Origin: Deltaproteobacteria bacterium
GTDB lineage: Bacteria > CG2-30-53-67
Length of the DNA stretch: 51,611 bases
Direction: 5' to 3'
NCBI GenBank assembly: GCA_013151235.1
Contig: JAADIO010000061.1
Span: 1-51,611, forward strand
The notes below the pieces were generated by a model. That model was not told the origin of the DNA. It ran no database searches and was given only the letters and a program-made list of their open reading frames with translations. This document shows, piece by piece, positions 9,011 through 18,996 of this stretch. A program made the translations under genes and the position numbers. The stretch's first letter is position 1, and the number at the start of each line of letters is the position of its first letter.

Positions 9011-10339
9011 TTAGATCAGACCGTACTTTTTCCGTTTGCGGTAGAGGGTGGAAACATTGATGCCAAGCTCCTTCGCGACCATGGCGAGGGTGTTGGGAAA
9101 ACCGGAATATTTTTCTTCCAGTTCCAGCAGAAAATCCTTCTCGGTTTTCTTCCTTTCCAGAACCTCCGTCGGGAAGATCTGGAAATGTTGTACATCAAGG
9201 ATATCGCCGCGGGAAAGAACAACCCCCCTTTCAATGTTGTTCTCCAATTCCCGAACGTTCCCCGGCCAGTCATACTGAAGAAAACGGGTCAGAAGCTCCG
9301 AAGGAATGACCTGAATCGCTTTTTTGTGTTTTTCGTTGAACCGCTCCAGAAAAGTATTGGCCAGAAGATAGATATCGTCTTTTCTTTCCCGAAGAGGAGG
9401 GATCACGATGGGAACCACATTGAGACGGAAGTAGAGATCCTCCCGGAACCGGCCTTTCCGGATCGCCTCTTCCATGTCCACGTTGGTGGAGGCCACCACC
9501 CGGACATCGATCCGGACGGTTTCATTGCTTCCTAACCTTTCGAATTCCATCTCCTGAAGGACTCGCAACAGCTTGGCTTGCATGCTCATGGAAATATCCC
9601 CGATCTCGTCGAGAAAGAGGGTTCCGCCGTCGGCCTGTTCAAACCGCCCTCTACGGTCCCGGTGGGCACCGGTAAAAGCTCCCCGAACATGGCCGAAGAG
9701 TTCCGTTTCCAGGAGAGTGTCGGGCAGGGCCGTACAGTTGATCTTGACGAAGACCTTTTCCGAACGGGGACTGTTGTAGTGTATCGCCCGGGCGATCAGT
9801 TCCTTCCCGGTCCCTGTCTCGCCCCGAATCATGACCGTGGCATCAGTCCCGGCGACATTGTCCACAACGCCCAGAAGGTCGAGCATCTTTTTGTTATTCG
9901 TAATAATCCGCTCGAAACGGTACTGCTTCTTCACCTCCTTCCGGAGGCCACGGACATCTTCAACAAGGTGCTTCTTCTCCACGGCCTGTTTCAGCAGGAG
10001 AAACATCTCTTCATAGTTCAGCGGTTTGGTGAGATAATTGAAAGCCCCTTTTTTCATCGCCTCCACGGCCATTTCAATCGATCCGAAAGCCGTCACCATG
10101 ATCACCGGAAGATCAGGGTACTTTCCCCGCGTCTGTTCCAGAAACTCGATCCCCGTCATTTCAGGCATTTTGTAGTCAACGATCACGGCATCACAGGTCG
10201 TTTGCACCAATACATCCAGCCCCTCCCTGCCTGAAGGAGCCGTTTCCACCCGGTAGCCCTGGGTGGCCAGGTTCAGCCGCATCACCTCCAGGATTGCCGG
10301 CTCATCATCTACAACAAGAATGGTTGATTGTTCAGGCAT
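9011..10339 (-). CDS. NtrC-family sigma54-dependent response regulator
   Basis: Receiver domain (VVDDE, D-YKMP), Walker [33 protein letters not shown], Fis-type HTH. Confidence 0.96.
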   Translation of the reverse strand: MPEQSTILVVDDEPAILEVMRLNLATQGYRVETAPSGREGLDVLVQTTCDAVIVDYKMPEMTGIEFLEQTRGKYPDLPVIMVTAFGSIEMAVEAMKKGAFNYLTKPLNYEEMFLLLKQAVEKKHLVEDVRGLRKEVKKQYRFERIITNNKKMLDLLGVVDNVAGTDATVMIRGETGTGKELIARAIHYNSPRSEKVFVKINCTALPDTLLETELFGHVRGAFTGAHRDRRGRFEQADGGTLFLDEIGDISMSMQAKLLRVLQEMEFERLGSNETVRIDVRVVASTNVDMEEAIRKGRFREDLYFRLNVVPIVIPPLRERKDDIYLLANTFLERFNEKHKKAIQVIPSELLTRFLQYDWPGNVRELENNIERGVVLSRGDILDVQHFQIFPTEVLERKKTEKDFLLELEEKYSGFPNTLAMVAKELGINVSTLYRKRKKYGLI

Positions 10340-12425
10340 CCGTTTTTCCCTTCAGTGTGATTTTGATGGGAAGCTGTATCACCACTTCCGTACCCGGTCC
10401 ATCGGTCCGTTTTTGAACTTTCAGTTCCCCCTGGTGCTGAGTGATGATCTGGCGGACGATGGCCAGCCCCAAACCAGTCCCATTGACTTTGGTCGTAAAA
10501 AAGGGCTTAAAAATGGAATCCATGAGTTCTTCCGGAATTCCCCGTCCCGTATCCCGAATCGCAACCTCCACCCAATCCCCTGTCCGGCCGTTTTCCATAT
10601 TCCGGGTCGCAAGTTGAAGAATCCCCCCCGTCGGCATAGCCTCAATGGCGTTCTCCAGCAAGTTGATGATCACCCGCTGAATCTGGTTGGCATCAATACA
10701 GAGAGGAGGGATCCCGGGGTCAAACTCCTTCACCAGCGAAAGACCGGCCTGCCGGATCTCTTCCACGAGAAAGGAGGTTGACTCCTCGAGGAGTTGATTC
10801 AGGTCGCATTCGTTGAAATTCGGCACCATCGGATTAGAGACCTTCAGCAGATCGGAAGTGACGTTATTCAGCCGCTCCACCTGCCCCCGGACCAGGTTGG
10901 AGATATTCAGGATCTCGGGGTCTTCCTGATACTTCGTAATGAGATAATGCACCCCTCCCTCGATGGCATTCAGGGGATTCCGGACATCGTGAGCAACCTT
11001 GGCGGCGACTTCACCCAGCTCGGCCAAATGACGGGAAATGTTGAGTTCTTCGCGCATTTTTTCTTTATCGGTAATATCCTCAAAGACAACAATGATCGGA
11101 GAATTTCCGGCCCGATTATCCCCATGAAGCGGCAGGACGCTCAAACTCAAGGTCATCCTCTCCCCCCCCATCTTCCGGACCGTCATTTCATGTCCCACAA
11201 GGGGGTTCCCTTCCTCCCTATACCGCTCAATCGCCTGGAGAATCATACCGAAGAATGCATTGCACCGGGTACAGATCTTCTGAACCTCGACGATACTCTT
11301 TCCCAGGAGCTGAGTCAGATCTCCTCCGAGGATCTTCTGGGCGGCATGGTTGTAGGTCCGGATAATCAGGTGAGAATCCATGGAAATAACGGCGGAGGAG
11401 AGACTGTTCAAGATCCGTTCGTTGTAAACCCGTAACTCTTCATTCTCACGGTTGGCCCGCTCAAGCTGTTTTGCATAGACTTCAATATTCTCCTTGGCTT
11501 CCTTCATCCGTTCCGTGTTATAAACCAGGTCCCGCACCATAATGTCGAAACCGTCGTTAAGCTGTTCCAACTCGTCACCGCTGTTTTTCCGATAGACAAC
11601 ACATTCCCGGCAGTCCCCGATCTTCTGGGCGTAGACCCCCTGCACCTCGCCTTTACAGAAAGTCCCCGCCATCACCCAGCACTTCTCCTCCCGATTCTGA
11701 TAAGAAGGACATTTCTCTTGTTTGCAATCCAGCTCCTCCCAGCAGTAGACATAGTTCATCGGCATCCGCTTTTCCGGAAACTTGCCGTGTAGTACATCGT
11801 AGATCTTGTCGGTCAGAAGGTGAACGGGATAGGAGACCAGTTTGACAACGATAAAGGCAGCAATCAGGCCGAAGACGGCGACAAAGAGAATGACACTCAG
11901 GATGTTTTCCAGCGTCGCCCGTCTTGGATGTTTGAAAATACGACGGAGGGTAATCGGCTCAAACGTAACGATCGTACTCCCCAGGTACTGATTCCCGCTG
12001 TAAACCGGGGCATAGACCCCTTCGATTCCCTCGGCGGCGTTTTGAAAGTAGTAATACCCTTTTTCCCGGTAGGCCTTCCGTGCAGCGGCACCCACCGGGA
12101 CCCTTTTCCCGATCCCCTCCAGATGAGTCTGGGCAACCACGATCCCCTCCCGGTTCAGGATGGAACAGTCCCGGACGTCGGACAATTTCCCCACAATCTG
12201 CACCAGGCGGTTCAGCATCATCTTGTGCTCGATCAGCAGAATGGGCGGAACATTCTCGGCAAGATTAATGGCCAGGGCGATATGTTCCTGGCGAATGATC
12301 GTTCTTTCATTGCGGACCACGAGGAGACTCCCCGCCCCGCCGATGATGACCACAAAGAGGATATAGGTGACGATCACCTTCTGGTTAATCGACAAATGCC
12401 TGTAGTATTTGAAGAACCGGATCAT
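10332..12425 (-). CDS. Membrane sensor histidine kinase (periplasmic Cache-like domain, HAMP with Cys-rich two-CW insert, PAS, HisKA, HATPase)
   Basis: Two TM helices, CWEELDC...CW..AGTFC..QG...K..DCREC insert, AHDVRNPL H-box, NLLENA, DTGRG, FTTK, GTGLGL. Confidence 0.93.
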   Translation of the reverse strand: MIRFFKYYRHLSINQKVIVTYILFVVIIGGAGSLLVVRNERTIIRQEHIALAINLAENVPPILLIEHKMMLNRLVQIVGKLSDVRDCSILNREGIVVAQTHLEGIGKRVPVGAAARKAYREKGYYYFQNAAEGIEGVYAPVYSGNQYLGSTIVTFEPITLRRIFKHPRRATLENILSVILFVAVFGLIAAFIVVKLVSYPVHLLTDKIYDVLHGKFPEKRMPMNYVYCWEELDCKQEKCPSYQNREEKCWVMAGTFCKGEVQGVYAQKIGDCRECVVYRKNSGDELEQLNDGFDIMVRDLVYNTERMKEAKENIEVYAKQLERANRENEELRVYNERILNSLSSAVISMDSHLIIRTYNHAAQKILGGDLTQLLGKSIVEVQKICTRCNAFFGMILQAIERYREEGNPLVGHEMTVRKMGGERMTLSLSVLPLHGDNRAGNSPIIVVFEDITDKEKMREELNISRHLAELGEVAAKVAHDVRNPLNAIEGGVHYLITKYQEDPEILNISNLVRGQVERLNNVTSDLLKVSNPMVPNFNECDLNQLLEESTSFLVEEIRQAGLSLVKEFDPGIPPLCIDANQIQRVIINLLENAIEAMPTGGILQLATRNMENGRTGDWVEVAIRDTGRGIPEELMDSIFKPFFTTKVNGTGLGLAIVRQIITQHQGELKVQKRTDGPGTEVVIQLPIKITLKGKTDA

Positions 12426-13174
12426 TTTATCGTTCTCCAGCCCGAGGGAAGCGTCGCCAGCCCCTCGTGCAGAAGCGTCTCCACACCGTTCAGCCGCTTT
12501 TCGATCCGGGCCAGCTTAAAGGTATGCCAGTCCTGCCGACAGGCAATGAGTTCATGCTGTGCCAGATGCAGAAAACCCTCTGCCTTTGAAATCTTGCACC
12601 CTCTCGCCCGGGTCGCATGAAGCTTGGTCTCGGTCCGGTCCACCTTCCGGGAAATACGGTTCATCTTCAGCAGGACCTCTTTCGCCTGATTGAGAATACC
12701 GGGACGGCTGCTCATTTTTGTATTATGGCATATGCCGCAGAAGAGTTCCAACTGTGTCGGGCGGAGGACCTTCGTCGACATGGCATCATGACAGGTAACG
12801 CAGTTCGGCCCGACCCCTTTGGTCATCAGCATCCTGTAATGGACACTCATCTTGAATTCGAGGAATTCGTGTTTATGACACCGCCCGCAAAGCCGGGGGA
12901 TATTCGTATAGTAGACGGAACTCTTCGGGTTCATCGAATCATAGACCCCTTCATGGGCCGCCTTTTTACTCTCTTTTCCCGGGTTTCCCCCATGACAATT
13001 ATTGCAGGTCACCCCCATACGGGAGTGAACGGAATCACGCCACTCGGCATGGCGTTCCTTCATGGAAGGGCGGACAAGCCTGGCATGGCATGTAACACAG
13101 CTATCGCTTCCGAAGGCAGGCACGGAGAAGCAAAGGATGAATAAGATCAGAAGAAAAAAGCGCAATACCGTCAT
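12422..13174 (-). CDS. Periplasmic pentaheme cytochrome c with C-terminal helical bundle
   Basis: Signal peptide; CVTCH, CNNCH, CGRCH, CVTCH, CGICH; ATGA overlap with the kinase start. Confidence 0.9.
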   Translation of the reverse strand: MTVLRFFLLILFILCFSVPAFGSDSCVTCHARLVRPSMKERHAEWRDSVHSRMGVTCNNCHGGNPGKESKKAAHEGVYDSMNPKSSVYYTNIPRLCGRCHKHEFLEFKMSVHYRMLMTKGVGPNCVTCHDAMSTKVLRPTQLELFCGICHNTKMSSRPGILNQAKEVLLKMNRISRKVDRTETKLHATRARGCKISKAEGFLHLAQHELIACRQDWHTFKLARIEKRLNGVETLLHEGLATLPSGWRTIK

Positions 13175-13288
13175 GGGGCACAGTATACATAATTTTTCAC
13201 TCTTTTTCTACCTTTGAAGAGCGCTGTGCTTTAGGCGGGAGATCGGGGAAACTTTTCTGTACCGGACGATGGAGATCCTGTAAACCCG

Positions 13289-14239
13289 TCAGAAAGCGCC
13301 GATCTTACGGAAACGTTCAAGTCGGTTTGCCGTCAACTGCTCCGGGGGCATCTTGGAAAGATCTTCGAGAACCTCCAGCAGGGCCGTCTTCAAGGTCTCC
13401 GCCATCTCCTCATGATTTCTGTGTGCCCCCCCCAAGGGTTCCGGAAGAATCCGGTCCACGATGCCCATCTTTTCCAGATCCTGGGCGGTCATCTTCAAGG
13501 CCTTTGCCGCCTCCTCCGCCTTCGAGGTCTCCCTCCAGAGGATCGAGGAACAGGACTCGGGAGAGATTACGGAATAGACCGCATTCTCCAGGATGATCGT
13601 CACATCCCCCACGCCGATGGCGAGTGCCCCACCGCTCCCCCCCTCTCCGGAAACCACCACAACGATGGGCGTTTTCAGGTTGGACATCTCGAAGAGGTTC
13701 CGGGCGATAGCCTCCCCCTGTCCCCGTTCTTCTGCACCAATGCCGGGATAGGCCCCCGGCGTATCGATAAAGGTAATGATCGGCATTTTGAATTTTTCCG
13801 CCAGTCTCATGATCCGCAGAGCCTTGCGATATCCCTCCGGTGCCGGCATACCGAAATTCCGATCAATATTCTCCCGTGTGTTGCGCCCCTTGTGATGACC
13901 CACAACAGCCACGGGGATCCCGTCCAGCCGTGCCAGACCGGCAACAATGGCAGGATCATCCCCGTAGGTCCGGTCACCGTGCAGCTCGTAGAACTCCTCC
14001 ATCATGAGCGATACGTAATCAAGGATATTGGGCCGCCGGGCATGCCGGGCCAGGAGCGTCTTCTGCCAGGGAGAAAGATTGGAATAAACGTTCCGCTGAA
14101 GCTGATGGAGCTTTTTCTGAAGACGGTGCAGTTCATCCGTACAATCACGCCCTTCCATACTGGAGACCTGTCGCAGCTCTTCCATCCTGCTCTCCAGCTC
14201 CATGATCGGTTTTTCAAATTCGAGATAGTTGTTGGCCAT
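13289..14239 (-). CDS. accA: Acetyl-CoA carboxylase carboxyltransferase alpha subunit
   Basis: YLEFEKPI, ELHGDR, NFGMPAPEGYRKA, DTPGAYPGIGAEERGQ, GEGGSGGALA. Confidence 0.98.
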   Translation of the reverse strand: MANNYLEFEKPIMELESRMEELRQVSSMEGRDCTDELHRLQKKLHQLQRNVYSNLSPWQKTLLARHARRPNILDYVSLMMEEFYELHGDRTYGDDPAIVAGLARLDGIPVAVVGHHKGRNTRENIDRNFGMPAPEGYRKALRIMRLAEKFKMPIITFIDTPGAYPGIGAEERGQGEAIARNLFEMSNLKTPIVVVVSGEGGSGGALAIGVGDVTIILENAVYSVISPESCSSILWRETSKAEEAAKALKMTAQDLEKMGIVDRILPEPLGGAHRNHEEMAETLKTALLEVLEDLSKMPPEQLTANRLERFRKIGAF

Positions 14240-14319
14240 GGTTGATGATTCCTTTCCATTCTCTCCATGGGATTAATGATTGTCACATTTTGAGATTTTG
14301 TCACCGTTCCACAAAGAAA

Positions 14320-14373
14320 GTTCAAGCCGTTCAAAAGAGTTTAAACGGTTTAAACCGCTTGAACTGTTCGAAC
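14320..14373. repeat. Palindromic array of ~9-nt units (GTTCAA / GTTTAAAC / TTGAAC)
   Basis: GTTCAAGCC GTTCAAAAGA GTTTAAACG GTTTAAACC GCTTGAACT GTTCGAAC in the dnaE-accA spacer. Confidence 0.7.
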
Positions 14374-14380
14374 TATCTTG

Positions 14381-17300
14381 CTAAGACACCGTCACCGACC
14401 GGTCGCCGGCCAGCCGTTCGATCGCCATGATCATGCTGTCGGAGGGAGTCACCCGGATTTCATCTCCCACGGAGATCACGGCCTCGCTGTGGTTGGGAAT
14501 CTCAATATGGATGAAGACCCCGCAATTTCCCCGGTGCTCCATCAGAACATCCCGGATCCGGACCAGATGATCATCACTCAATCCGGGCGATTGCAAACGA
14601 ACGTCGACCCGGCGGGCCTCCCGGACCCGAACATCTTTCAGCAAGGAAATTTCATCGGAAATGATGGTCACCCCTTTTTCATCCTTCTTGATCCGTCCTT
14701 TCAAAAGGAGGGGAAGATCGCTCTCCAACAGTTCATGGATCTTCTCGTAGACCTTGGGAAAAACCAGAACCTCCACCGACCCCTGCAGGTCCTCCAGGGT
14801 GAGGATGGCCATTTTGTCCCCCCGTTTCGTCACTTTCTTCTTACAGGCATTGATGACCCCGCAGAGGGAGATCTCGCTGTTGTCGCTCATCCCGGAGAGT
14901 CGTTTCGTATCGGCATTCGTCAGTTTCCGGATCTCATGGATACAGCGAGTCAACGGGTGACCGGAGATATAAAAACCGAGGGATTCCTTCTCAAAACGAA
15001 GCCGCTGATTCTCATGCCACTCCTCCAGATCGGGAAGACCATCCCCCTCGTCAGGGGAGGCGCCCGTCCCCATCGAACCGCCGAAGAGATTCCCCTGCCC
15101 CCGCTCCCGGTCTTTCTGAACCCGCTGCGCCGCGTCCATGGCCCGTTCATAGACCGCCATGAGCTGCGCCCGTTTCGCCCCGGTGGAATCGAAGGCCCCG
15201 CACTTGATCAATCCGTCGATCACCCGCTTGTTCACCTTCTTCAGGTCCACCCGTTCGCAAAAATTAAAAATCGAATCAAAGGGACCGTCCACCTCACGGA
15301 CACGCAGGACCTCTTCAATCGCCCCCTCCCCGACGTTTTTCACGGCGGCCAGGCCGAATCGGATCTTGTTGCCCTCCACGGTAAACTCGACGGAGCTTTT
15401 ATTCACGTCGGGCGGCAGGATCTCAATCCCCTGGGCCCGACATTCGGAAATGTATTGGACCACCTTGTCGGTATTGTCCATATCCGAAGAGATCAGTGCC
15501 GCAATAAAGGCGACGGGATAGTGGGCCTTGAGATAGGCCGTTTGATAGGCGATCAGGGCATAGGCCGCTGAATGGGACTTGTTGAACCCATAGCCGGCGA
15601 AGTAGGCCATGTCGTCGAAGACCTTCTCCGCCTTTTTCAAGGGAAACCCCTTTTTCACGGCACCGGGGATTCCCAACTTTTCATCCCCGTGGAGAAAAAT
15701 CGACTTGTGCCGCTCCATCTCCTCGGCAATCTTTTTCCCCATGGCACGGCGCAGCAGGTCGGCGGCGCCCAGGGAATAGCCGGCCAGGACCCGGGCAATC
15801 TCCATGACCTGTTCCTGGTAAACGATCACGCCGTACGTATCCTTGAGAATCGGTTCCAGCGCCGGCAGTGCATACTCCAGCGCCTTCTTTCCATGTTTTC
15901 GGAGGACGAAATCGTCCACCATGCCGCTTCCCAACGGACCCGGCCGGTAGAGGGCCACCAGGGCGATGACATCTTCAAAAGTCTGCGGTTTCATTTTGAC
16001 CAGCAGTTCACGCATCCCGGAACTTTCCAGTTGAAAGATCCCCATCCCGTCCCCCCGGGAAAGAAGATCATAGACCGCCGGATCGTCCAGGGGAATCGTG
16101 GAGATCTCCAGACGGTCCGTGAGCCCTTCGTCCTCCTTCTGACGGTTGATCATCTTCACGGCATTGTCGATCACCGTCAGGGTACGAAGCCCCAGAAAAT
16201 CGAACTTGACGAGGCCGACCACTTCCACCATCTTCTTGTCGTATTGGGTCACCACCTCGGCATCGTCGCTCCGGTAGAGAGGGGTCCACTCCCGAAGCGA
16301 CCGATCTCCGATCACAACCCCCGCCGCGTGGGTCGATGCATTCCGGGACAGCCCCTCCAGGGCGAGGGCGATATCGAGCAGTTTCCGGATCTTCGGGTCT
16401 TCTTTGGCCAGTTCGTTGAACTTCTTCTCCCGCTTGATCGCTGCGGCGAGTTTGATCCCTAACTCGTTGGGCACCAGTTTCGCCAACCGGTCGGCCTCGG
16501 CGTAGGGGATCTCAAGTACCCGGGCCACATCCCGGATCACCGCCCGGGCCTGCATGGAACCGACCGCCATGATCTGGCCCACGGCCTCCTTGCCGTACCC
16601 CTTGTCGATGCTGTACTTCTTCGTGACATAGTCGATCACCTCTCCGCGCCGGTCCATACAGAAATCGATATCGAAGTCGGGCATGCTGACCCGTTCCGGA
16701 TTGAGGAACCGCTCGAAGAGGAGGCCGTAGGGGATCGGGTCGATATCGGTAATCCCCAGGGAATAGGCCGTGATCGACCCGGCGCCGGAACCCCGGCCCG
16801 GCCCAACGGGGATCCCCTGTTCCTTGGACCAGCGGATAAAATCCCAGACGATCAGGAAATAGCCGGCAAAGCCCATCTGGATGATGATCTCGAGTTCCTC
16901 CTCCAACCGTTTCCGGTAGACGTCCTCCTGATCCCGGGGGACCTGCCCCGACTCCATGCGGTGCAGCAACCCCTCTTCCGCCTTCCGCCGCAGGTAGGAG
17001 TCGAGAGTCTCCTCTTCCGGAACATCGTAGGTCGGCAGATAGGTCCGGCTGAAATCGAGTTTCAGATTGCATCGCTCGGCAATTTCAATGGTATTCCGGA
17101 GCGCCTCCGGTACATGGGCGAAGGCCTGCCCCATCTCCTCCGGAGATTTGAAGTAGAGCTGGTCCGTGCTGAAACGGAATCGTTTTTCATCCCCCAGGGT
17201 CTTGCCGGTCTGGACGCAGAGGAGGACTTCGTGGGCGGCCGCATTCTCCTTCAGAAGATAGTGGCAGTCATTGGTGGCCACCAGCGGAAGGGCCAGCTTC

Positions 17301-17893
17301 TCAGAAAGCCGGATCAGCCCTTCGTTGACGGTCTTCTGCCGCTCCAGACCGTTTTCCTGCAACTCAAGGTAGAAATTTTCCTTCCCGAGGATCTCGACAT
17401 ACTCCCGTGCCGTCCGGAGGGCTTGCTCCTCCCGCCCCTCCAGAAGATGAATCGGGATCTCCCCGTGGAGGCAGGCGGAAAGACCGATCAGCCCTTCCCC
17501 ATGTTCCGCCAAGACCTCCTTATCGATCCGGGGTTTCCGGTAGAACCCCTTCTGGTAGCCTTCGCTGACGAGCCACATGAGGTTCTTGTACCCTTCCATA
17601 TTTCGGGCCAGGAGAATCAGGTGATAGGCATTCTCTTCGTTTCCCGCGGGCTTTTCCAACCGGGAGCCCGGCGCCACGTAAACCTCGCAGCCGATGATCG
17701 GTTTGATCCCGCTTTTGACGGCCTCCTTATAAAAATGCACCGCACCGATCATGTTTCCGTGATCCGTAATGGCCAGGGCCGGCATCCTGAACTCGGAGGC
17801 CCGGGCAAAGAGATCCTTCAAACGAATGGCGCCGTCGAGCAGGCTGAACTGGGTATGCACATGGAGGTGGACAAAGTCGGCGTGTCTGGACAT
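14381..17893 (-). CDS. dnaE: DNA polymerase III alpha subunit
   Basis: PHP domain HLHVHTQFSLLDG, GPGRGSGAGS, MPDFDIDF, KFDFLGL, YGFNKSH, OB fold; no intein-sized insertion. Confidence 0.98.
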   Translation of the reverse strand: MSRHADFVHLHVHTQFSLLDGAIRLKDLFARASEFRMPALAITDHGNMIGAVHFYKEAVKSGIKPIIGCEVYVAPGSRLEKPAGNEENAYHLILLARNMEGYKNLMWLVSEGYQKGFYRKPRIDKEVLAEHGEGLIGLSACLHGEIPIHLLEGREEQALRTAREYVEILGKENFYLELQENGLERQKTVNEGLIRLSEKLALPLVATNDCHYLLKENAAAHEVLLCVQTGKTLGDEKRFRFSTDQLYFKSPEEMGQAFAHVPEALRNTIEIAERCNLKLDFSRTYLPTYDVPEEETLDSYLRRKAEEGLLHRMESGQVPRDQEDVYRKRLEEELEIIIQMGFAGYFLIVWDFIRWSKEQGIPVGPGRGSGAGSITAYSLGITDIDPIPYGLLFERFLNPERVSMPDFDIDFCMDRRGEVIDYVTKKYSIDKGYGKEAVGQIMAVGSMQARAVIRDVARVLEIPYAEADRLAKLVPNELGIKLAAAIKREKKFNELAKEDPKIRKLLDIALALEGLSRNASTHAAGVVIGDRSLREWTPLYRSDDAEVVTQYDKKMVEVVGLVKFDFLGLRTLTVIDNAVKMINRQKEDEGLTDRLEISTIPLDDPAVYDLLSRGDGMGIFQLESSGMRELLVKMKPQTFEDVIALVALYRPGPLGSGMVDDFVLRKHGKKALEYALPALEPILKDTYGVIVYQEQVMEIARVLAGYSLGAADLLRRAMGKKIAEEMERHKSIFLHGDEKLGIPGAVKKGFPLKKAEKVFDDMAYFAGYGFNKSHSAAYALIAYQTAYLKAHYPVAFIAALISSDMDNTDKVVQYISECRAQGIEILPPDVNKSSVEFTVEGNKIRFGLAAVKNVGEGAIEEVLRVREVDGPFDSIFNFCERVDLKKVNKRVIDGLIKCGAFDSTGAKRAQLMAVYERAMDAAQRVQKDRERGQGNLFGGSMGTGASPDEGDGLPDLEEWHENQRLRFEKESLGFYISGHPLTRCIHEIRKLTNADTKRLSGMSDNSEISLCGVINACKKKVTKRGDKMAILTLEDLQGSVEVLVFPKVYEKIHELLESDLPLLLKGRIKKDEKGVTIISDEISLLKDVRVREARRVDVRLQSPGLSDDHLVRIRDVLMEHRGNCGVFIHIEIPNHSEAVISVGDEIRVTPSDSMIMAIERLAGDRSVTVS

Positions 17894-17977
17894 GAGAATG
17901 ATGATCCTACGGAAAATTCACATGATGAGAATTTGGAAATTCACGACCTTACAGAGAAGCCGTAAAACTTGAAGGAA

Positions 17978-18006
17978 AGTTTACATCGATCAATAAGACA
18001 AGTCAA
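17978..18006 (-). promoter_or_regulatory. sigma70 promoter of dnaE
   Basis: TTGACT-17 bp-TAAACT. Confidence 0.6.
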
Positions 18007-18033
18007 CAGAAGTTCCCCAAAACGGAAGAATCT

Positions 18034-18996
18034 CTATCTCTGACGCCCCCTTTTCTTGCGAGCCCTGGGATGCGCACGGTCATAGACCTCCATCAGTTTC
18101 CCCATGCTCAGGTGGGTATACTTCTGCGTGGTGGAGAGACTGACATGGCCTAAGAGTTCCTGAATGGAGCGGAGATCGGCGCCGCCGTCGAGAAGGTGGG
18201 TGGCGAAGGAGTGGCGCAAACCGTGGGGGGAAACCGGCTGGGAAAGCGCCGCCTGACGGACGGCCTTGTCCACCACGTTCCGGATCCCCCGGACGCCGAG
18301 CCGGTTTCCGAATCGATTGAGAAAGAGAGGGGTCCCTGCTCCCTCCCGGAGGAGACCTTTCTTCTCCACCTCCTTTTTTTCCGCCAGATAGACCTGCAGG
18401 GCGGCAACCGCACGGGAACCCAAGATAACGATCCGTTCCTTGCGCCCTTTTCCCGTCACTTTCATCAGGCCGACGGAAAGGTCCACAACCTCTTCATTCA
18501 GCCCCGCCAGTTCGCTGATCCGGATGCCGGAAGAATAGAAGACCTCCAGGATCGCCCGGTCCCGCGCGCCCAATTCAGTCTTTGTATCAGGGACCTCCAT
18601 CAATCGAAAAACATCATCAACGCTCAGAAAGTGGGGGTGCCGTTTGGCTGCCTTTGGTGTCGCAACCACCTTGGCCGGATTGATCCCGATCACCCGTTCC
18701 CGATGGAGAAAGCGGAAAAAGGCTCGCAGACTCGCCAGTTTTCTCCCCATGGAACTCTTCTTTAACTTCTTCTGATGGAGGGAGGCAAGGTAGTGGCGGA
18801 TCACCCGGTTATCGATCCCTGCGATCCCGTCGGAATCGAATTTACGGTGCTGCAGAAAAGCGGCAAACTGGTTCAGATCACTGATGTAGTTTCGGAGGGT
18901 ATGGGGGGAGACATTTTTTTCGTCCTGCAGATACCCTTCAAAGGCGGTGATCAGCTCTCCAAAGGGCAGCGGATCGGAAGGTGACTCCGGTCTCAT
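18034..18996 (-). CDS. xerC: Tyrosine recombinase XerC
   Basis: [38 protein letters not shown]...TTQKYTH; ATG 18996 overlaps the trmFO stop; canonical topA-trmFO-xerC context. Confidence 0.92.
   Translation of the reverse strand: MRPESPSDPLPFGELITAFEGYLQDEKNVSPHTLRNYISDLNQFAAFLQHRKFDSDGIAGIDNRVIRHYLASLHQKKLKKSSMGRKLASLRAFFRFLHRERVIGINPAKVVATPKAAKRHPHFLSVDDVFRLMEVPDTKTELGARDRAILEVFYSSGIRISELAGLNEEVVDLSVGLMKVTGKGRKERIVILGSRAVAALQVYLAEKKEVEKKGLLREGAGTPLFLNRFGNRLGVRGIRNVVDKAVRQAALSQPVSPHGLRHSFATHLLDGGADLRSIQELLGHVSLSTTQKYTHLSMGKLMEVYDRAHPRARKKRGRQR

Noticed and set aside
14381-17893. Possible intein or split in dnaE
   Set aside because: The length (1170 aa) is normal, with no intein N- or C-terminal motifs and only short insertions.
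18034-18996. Tyrosine recombinase as a possible prophage or island integrase
   Set aside because: Sequence and the dprA-topA-trmFO-xerC context indicate the housekeeping XerC; no att sites or cargo nearby.
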